Part shown: positions 31,044 through 36,000 of the stretch, piece after piece
How positions within the stretch are numbered: position 1 is the first letter of the stretch
Layout: each line of letters opens with the position of its first letter
Assembly: GCA_001275005.1 (NCBI GenBank)
Contig: JWZX01002822.1
Location: forward strand, 1-36,000
Reading direction: 5' to 3'
Source of the DNA: Chrysochromulina tobinii
Taxonomy: Eukaryota
DNA: 36,000 nt
Position numbers and translations under genes: made by a program
The notes under the pieces: generated by a model
What the model was told of the DNA's origin: nothing
Database searches by the model: none
What the model saw: only the letters and a program-made list of their open reading frames with translations

Positions 31044-31270
31044 GTCGAAGTCCGGACAGTATTCAGACCACAGGATGTCGTGCTGCGTGTGAGATGTGTT
31101 CGCCCCAGGGTCGAGGGTGTCCCCTGCTTGGTTCTTTGCTTGCTTCCAGTGCTTGCCCAGCCATCCCAGTGTCTTCCATAATCCATTTTTGGGAACGACA
31201 CCGACGACGGTTTGTACCTTGCCGCTTGCGTCGACTTGCTGACCCGGCCGTGGTCGAGGTGCTGGCATCG

Positions 31271-33973
31271 ATGGCGCACCGCCGCGCCAAAGGTTCGCTG
31301 GCCGAGTTTGCTGGACTCGTGGAGCAGCTTCCGACTGGGAGTGGCCCTGCCACCACCGCTCGGCGCGAAGCGATGAGAGCACAGGCCAGTGCTGGTAAGA
31401 TAAGGCGCGGCCAGGCTCCCCTAGATGCGATGGACCAGGGCCTTCGATTTGTGCAAGAGCTCGAGCAAGGGTTACCAGCCGGCTCAAAGCCGCTCGTGAT
31501 GCATGCCTTCCAGGCGGCCTCGGACATCGCCGCTGAGTTCACACACTTTGCAACGACCGAGCGCGTGGAGAACGGCGAGATGTTCCGGCTGACACTCATC
31601 GCGATGCGCCAGTACCTGGAGCTGTACGCGGTCGTGTGTGGCGATGGCGGCGCGCGGCGCGCGCGCCCGGTCGCAGTCACCATCGCCGAGTTCGAGCAGG
31701 CGGTGCCGCTGCTGCGCCAGTGGGGCGTCCGCGTCGCCGACCCACGACTCACCTTCCAGCGCATCGACAAGCTTGGCGGCGGCGTGATCCGCTTCGACGA
31801 GCTCGCAAGGTGGGTGATGCGCACGCAGATGGAGGCGCTTTCGAACGCCGTACTCTTTCAAAGCTCGCCGGCAAAGGGGGGCGTCGGCGGCGGGCCTTCG
31901 CCCCGCGCGCCGCCGCAGCGGCCATCGAGTGCCGTTGCGCTCACTCGCCCGCCGGGGGCGCCAGCGCATCGCGCGCCCTCGCCCACGAGCGGCGGCGCGC
32001 GCTTGACGACGCACGCACTCACGCTCGGTCGGACGGATCGCAAGGCGGTGCGGCTCGCCGTCTACCGCCACGGAGGCGCGCGGCGCAGCCAGCTGGGCAG
32101 TGGTGCTGGCGGAGCCAACACGGCGAGGACGCACCCGGGCACGACAATCCCGACGATCCCAAAGGCGCGAAAATGGGACCTCGCCGAGCGGCTGAGCGAG
32201 GTGGGGCTCACCCAGTACGCGCGCCCGCTCCGGCAGATGGGCTTCGACGACGTGAACCAACTTCTCGCGCTGCAGCATGCGTACGACGATCGGGACTCGA
32301 AGCGACTCGACGTGCACAACGCGTCGTTCGCGTCCCTGCTCGACAGCTTGCGTCTCGCGCCTGGTCACCGAGTGCGCCTCGTGCAGTTCTTCCAAAACGA
32401 AGCGCGCAACGCGGCGCGCGCCGCGCACGAGAAGCTGCTTGAGCTTGCCAATGCCCTCCCAGACGACGAGGATGAGCCTCTCGAGCCTCTCGATGAGGCG
32501 CGTGATGTCGATGCTATGGAGCAGACGGCGTACGAGATGCAGCTGCTGCGTGAGCGCGTCGCCGAGCTCGAGGCACGCGAGCGCGAGCGCGAGCGCCAAC
32601 ACGGCAGGGGTTCCACGGAGGCAGCAGACCAGGCAGCGGCCGACAAGGCGGCGGCCGACAGGGCGGCGGCCGAGCGGGCTGCGGCCGAGCAGACGGCGGC
32701 CGAGCGAACGGCGGCCGAGCGGGCGGCAGCTGACGAGGATGTCGTGCGCAAGCAGAAGCTCTTCCTTCGTCGGCTCATCCGAAGAGACGTCGCGCGCGCC
32801 TTTACGACGTGGTCGGCCGTTTGGGAGGCCGTCGCGAGGATGCGCAGGGCCATCCGGCGTTGGGCCAATCGACCACTCGCGCGCGCCTTCAATCGGTGGG
32901 AGAGTCGCGCAACTAGCCTGAACGCATCAGGTGAGACGCTCGCGGCGGCGCATCGCTTCGTGCGCAGCCTGCTCTCGCGCAGCCTCAAGCTTGGCTTCGA
33001 GACTTGGAGGCAGCTCGCCGCGGCGCTCATGGCCTCCCTCGCCCAAGTTCGACGCGCGGCGAGCCGGATGATCCACACAGCGCTCGCGTACGCATTCGAC
33101 CTCTGGAGGGCAACCGCGGACAGCCACCGCCAGAAGCGCGCCGTGATGAGCAAGGTGCTGCGGCGCGTGGCCCATCCCGGCGTCGGCAAGGCCTGGGGTA
33201 CATGGGTCGAGCTTCTCGCCGTCTTCTACAAGCTGCGGGGCGTGGCGCGCTCAATCATGCTCCGTCCCGTGCGCCAAGCGTGGAACGGGTGGGTCGAGGC
33301 CGCCAAAGGCAGCGCGGGCGAGCAGGGCTACATGCTCGTCGCTCGCCAGTTCATCCGGCGGCTGCACCAGCAAGGCCTCGCGCGCTGCTGGCAGACGTGG
33401 GTCGCGCTTGTCGACGATCGCGGCCGGCAACTCGCAACCATGCGCGCCGTGTTCGCGCGCTTCCTCATGCAGAGCGCCATGCGCTCCCTCCACCTGTGGC
33501 GTGAGATCGTCGACCGTCAATTCGAGATCTTCGAGCTCATGCGCATGACCTCCATGCGAATGCTCACCAGGGGCGTTGCGCGCGCGTGGGTCTCGTGGCG
33601 AGAACGCGTAGAGGAGCTCAGGCAGTTGTTTCGCGTGTCCGCACGGTACAACAACAGGCTGCTCGTCAAGGTCTGGCTCGGCTGGTACCGCTACCACCGC
33701 CTCAGAAAGGCGGGGTTCGCGGGCAGGATCGGCTTCGCGCTGTGGAGTGCGGAGGACCGTGCCGCCAAAGAGCTCTGGGGCATCGAGCGACGTGTCGCGA
33801 GTCGACTCGTTTTCGGCGCTAGGGGGAAGTCCAGGGAGAGAAAGAGAGACGATGCCGTCGCCGAGGAGGAAGACTTCGACGAGGATGGTCGACCGGTAGT
33901 TGACCCGACGCAGCCGCTGATGCCAGCCATGGACGGGCCGTTTGTGTCAGGGCTCAGGCGATTGAGCGGTTAG
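31271..33973 (+). CDS. ~900-aa protein: calflagin/FCaBP-like EF domain, SAM-like domain, coiled coil, Sfi1-like Trp repeats
   Basis: KPLVMHAFQAA...FRLTLIAMRQYLEL...EFEQAVPLLRQWGVRVADPRLTFQRIDKLGGGVIRFDELARW; LSEVGLTQYARPLRQMGFDDV...PGHRVRL; repeated RAFxxW/KAWxxW. The ORF track start at 30968 overlaps the previous gene, so ATG 31271 was chosen. Confidence 0.75.
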   Translation: MAHRRAKGSLAEFAGLVEQLPTGSGPATTARREAMRAQASAGKIRRGQAPLDAMDQGLRFVQELEQGLPAGSKPLVMHAFQAASDIAAEFTHFATTERVENGEMFRLTLIAMRQYLELYAVVCGDGGARRARPVAVTIAEFEQAVPLLRQWGVRVADPRLTFQRIDKLGGGVIRFDELARWVMRTQMEALSNAVLFQSSPAKGGVGGGPSPRAPPQRPSSAVALTRPPGAPAHRAPSPTSGGARLTTHALTLGRTDRKAVRLAVYRHGGARRSQLGSGAGGANTARTHPGTTIPTIPKARKWDLAERLSEVGLTQYARPLRQMGFDDVNQLLALQHAYDDRDSKRLDVHNASFASLLDSLRLAPGHRVRLVQFFQNEARNAARAAHEKLLELANALPDDEDEPLEPLDEARDVDAMEQTAYEMQLLRERVAELEARERERERQHGRGSTEAADQAAADKAAADRAAAERAAAEQTAAERTAAERAAADEDVVRKQKLFLRRLIRRDVARAFTTWSAVWEAVARMRRAIRRWANRPLARAFNRWESRATSLNASGETLAAAHRFVRSLLSRSLKLGFETWRQLAAALMASLAQVRRAASRMIHTALAYAFDLWRATADSHRQKRAVMSKVLRRVAHPGVGKAWGTWVELLAVFYKLRGVARSIMLRPVRQAWNGWVEAAKGSAGEQGYMLVARQFIRRLHQQGLARCWQTWVALVDDRGRQLATMRAVFARFLMQSAMRSLHLWREIVDRQFEIFELMRMTSMRMLTRGVARAWVSWRERVEELRQLFRVSARYNNRLLVKVWLGWYRYHRLRKAGFAGRIGFALWSAEDRAAKELWGIERRVASRLVFGARGKSRERKRDDAVAEEEDFDEDGRPVVDPTQPLMPAMDGPFVSGLRRLSG

Positions 33974-34502
33974 TGCTAGTCTGCTTCTGCGCCGGGGATA
34001 TTAAGGCAGTATACGGCGTACATCGTCCCCGCCGCGCGCTAGCCGAGCGCCCGACCGCCCGTCTTGTGAAACCGCGTCGGCCGTCGCGCGGGGGCGCGCG
34101 GTCCTCGTTACGTCCTCGGTTCTTGGCGCCAAGTTAAGCGCCAAGACGAGCAAGACCAAGAGCCAAGTCCGCAAGACCCAACGAAGCGTCTTGCTGGGTT
34201 CTTGTCGGACGCTCTCGGCGAGCTCTGGAACACTGACTCTCACAGACTGGACTCTGAAGCGGTGAAGGCGACGATCTCAATCTATCTTCTATGAGCTCAA
34301 AGTAATAAGTATCTCTGGGACGCGGCTCGCGGGGCGGGACCGCGCCGACCATGCCGCACAAGGGAACTCCACAACGTATGGTACCAGCCCTATTTCAACT
34401 CCTAATCGCGCTATTTCACGAAACACTCTTTGTTTAGTTTTTGGGACAACGCGCCGTAGTGGGCTTTCACGCAGAGTTCACGCACAAAAGTGTTTGGGAA
34501 AA

Positions 34503-34862
34503 ATGGCGTACAGTCACTTTCCTCGCTGTGCCTTCTCGCGTTCAACCTTGAAGCAACTGCGGCGCCCACCATTAGCTCAAAGATGCTTCGCAACAGGATC
34601 CAAGGAGCCGGAAGGAGCTTTCGACAAGGGCTTGCCATTCCTGTTCAAATCCAATGCGAGCTTGATAACGCTCACGTCGCTGCTCATTGCTGTTGGAAGC
34701 TACAACGCCTACTTGGACGCGACGGCACTGCCCGATAGCGTTCAAGAAGCGGAAGCCATCGGGGGTGAGAATGCTGCACGGCTCTTGCCCGACGGGCGCG
34801 TGCTCATGAAAGATGGCTCAATCGTACGCAGACCGCCACTGCCAAAAAGTGGTGGTGACTAG
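34503..34862 (+). CDS. 119-aa small membrane protein, probable mitochondrial targeting peptide
   Basis: Arg/Ser-rich, acid-free N-terminus ending QRCFAT; one hydrophobic segment SLITLTSLLIAVGSYNAY; C-terminal LLPDGRVLMKDGSI. Confidence 0.6.
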   Translation: MAYSHFPRCAFSRSTLKQLRRPPLAQRCFATGSKEPEGAFDKGLPFLFKSNASLITLTSLLIAVGSYNAYLDATALPDSVQEAEAIGGENAARLLPDGRVLMKDGSIVRRPPLPKSGGD

Positions 34863-35065
34863 AACCGCAAGATAGTTAGTAGGGAAGTGAGCTATGAGTG
34901 ACCTTCGTCTAATTCACATGTCCAGTCACTTATCTGACATGCATGTGCTCTCACTACGTGGACCTCGGCGTTCGAGACGCCTCTGGCCCTGATGGCGTGA
35001 CAGTGGGGCCTGAGCGATACCCCACTCTCTGGTACTGTCCGGTCCGTGTCTGCCTTCTAAGGCAT

Positions 35066-35749
35066 CTAAGCGCAGCCCTCGGCAAACTCGTTCTGCTCGC
35101 ACTCGTCGTAGACCTTGTAGCGGTCACCTCCCGGATAATTGATGGCCTTGAGCTTCTCAAACTTGAGCGGCACAAGGTCTTTGGTGCCCTGCACAGGGCA
35201 CTTTTCCTTTCGCGTAGGGATGCAATCGTCACTCTGCTGTGCCACAAAGATGAACGAGACGTCCGACACGCCCGGTTTGATCACATCGATCATCGCAAAT
35301 TGGCCGGCATCGTTCTTGCCATCCTGCCCGTTTCCGAGCACGGACATGCCGGTGGCGGCCTCGTTCACGACGCCGAAGACGCCCGCGTCCTTGACCTCCT
35401 TGCCGAGGGTGTTGGACGCCGTCGCCTGAACCTCGACGCACTTTTGCGCGATGCCCGCGCCGCCGGCACCAGCACCGAGCGCTCCACCCGCCCGGCCCTG
35501 CCTGAGCGCCTCTGGGCACGTCACCTCCGCGTACGACTTGTACGTCAGGCCGATCGTCATGTCTTGTGAACCAACCGCAAAGGCTGGCGTGGTGGAGAGC
35601 ATGCCAGCGAGCAGTCCGGCCAGGAGCGGTGCTCGCGCATCGTGCACTGCCGACCGCAGGGCTGCGGCTACTGACCGTGCACCTATCTGCACTGGCTGTG
35701 GCGCGCCCGGGAGCATCGCCGACGTCGCAAAAAGCCAGATCGCCATCAT
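35066..35749 (-). CDS. 227-aa probable plastid thylakoid-lumen protein of unknown function
   Basis: Signal-like N-terminus, basic transit-like stretch, second hydrophobic segment ending in AFA (lumen peptidase site), then a beta-rich Cys-containing mature domain. Confidence 0.7.
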   Translation of the reverse strand: MMAIWLFATSAMLPGAPQPVQIGARSVAAALRSAVHDARAPLLAGLLAGMLSTTPAFAVGSQDMTIGLTYKSYAEVTCPEALRQGRAGGALGAGAGGAGIAQKCVEVQATASNTLGKEVKDAGVFGVVNEAATGMSVLGNGQDGKNDAGQFAMIDVIKPGVSDVSFIFVAQQSDDCIPTRKEKCPVQGTKDLVPLKFEKLKAINYPGGDRYKVYDECEQNEFAEGCA

Positions 35750-36000
35750 GTTCCACGTTTCGGAGAATCGATCTGCGGAAATTCGTTGCAGTCCGGGACG
35801 GTATGTAACTTCTGGCTTTTACTCGTGCAGAAGATCCCCTTCCTGTGGGTACTTGTGTGGGGTGCACTGCACGAGTTTGGTAGAAGAGCAGGGGTATCCG
35901 GATACATGTGTACGGCCGCCTGAGCGGTAAAGTGAGCGAAAATGGACGAAAAACCGTCGTTTGAAAATCATAAGCCGTGGTGATCACGGATGGGGCCCAA

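Noticed and set aside
30968..31270. N-terminal 101 aa of the 1001-aa ORF
   Set aside because: Overlaps the stop of the upstream gene and reads like translated UTR; ATG 31271 is more plausible.
10633..33973. Functional gene cluster (calcium/ciliary/cell-cycle genes)
   Set aside because: EF-hand, LRR and coiled-coil genes are common in flagellate genomes; no shared pathway or motif can be shown from the sequence.
34001..34361. Small minus-strand ORFs with a hydrophobic stretch
   Set aside because: Short, doubtful starts, and the hydrophobicity comes from a CAAGA-rich low-complexity patch.
1..36000. tRNA, rRNA, snRNA, transposase, RT or viral genes
   Set aside because: None recognised by eye; a covariance-model or profile search would be needed to exclude small RNAs.

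Overview
Gene-dense, very GC-rich eukaryotic DNA, most likely a haptophyte alga (Chrysochromulina/Emiliania-like). This is inferred from the GC-AG introns with GCGCG donors, the decamer-repeat introns and a signal-peptide + transit-peptide plastid protein. About 13 protein genes: F-box-like/degenerate SNF2 protein (5'-truncated), PPR protein, 5-exon coiled-coil/HET-like/TPR protein, small PH-like protein (possible REC114), 4-EF-hand protein, F-box protein, giant LRR/coiled-coil protein, 2-RRM RNA-binding protein, 4-exon retinoblastoma-related protein, ARM-like protein, secreted sulfotransferase-like protein, calflagin-EF/SAM/Sfi1-repeat protein, small probable mitochondrial membrane protein and a probable thylakoid-lumen protein. 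The most striking signal is in the introns. Five of the eight I can reconstruct consist of sense-oriented 10-nt TGATKRCCHC-like repeats flanked by duplicated copies of the neighbouring exon sequence, and the duplication supplies the splice sites. One of them, in the RB gene, holds an internal 45-nt copy of the spliced exon-exon junction. This suggests an active duplication + repeat-filler mechanism of intron creation. The RRM gene is also bracketed by a ~400-bp degenerate inverted duplication of the RB 3' end. All gene models and family calls come from reading the sequence; no searches were run.
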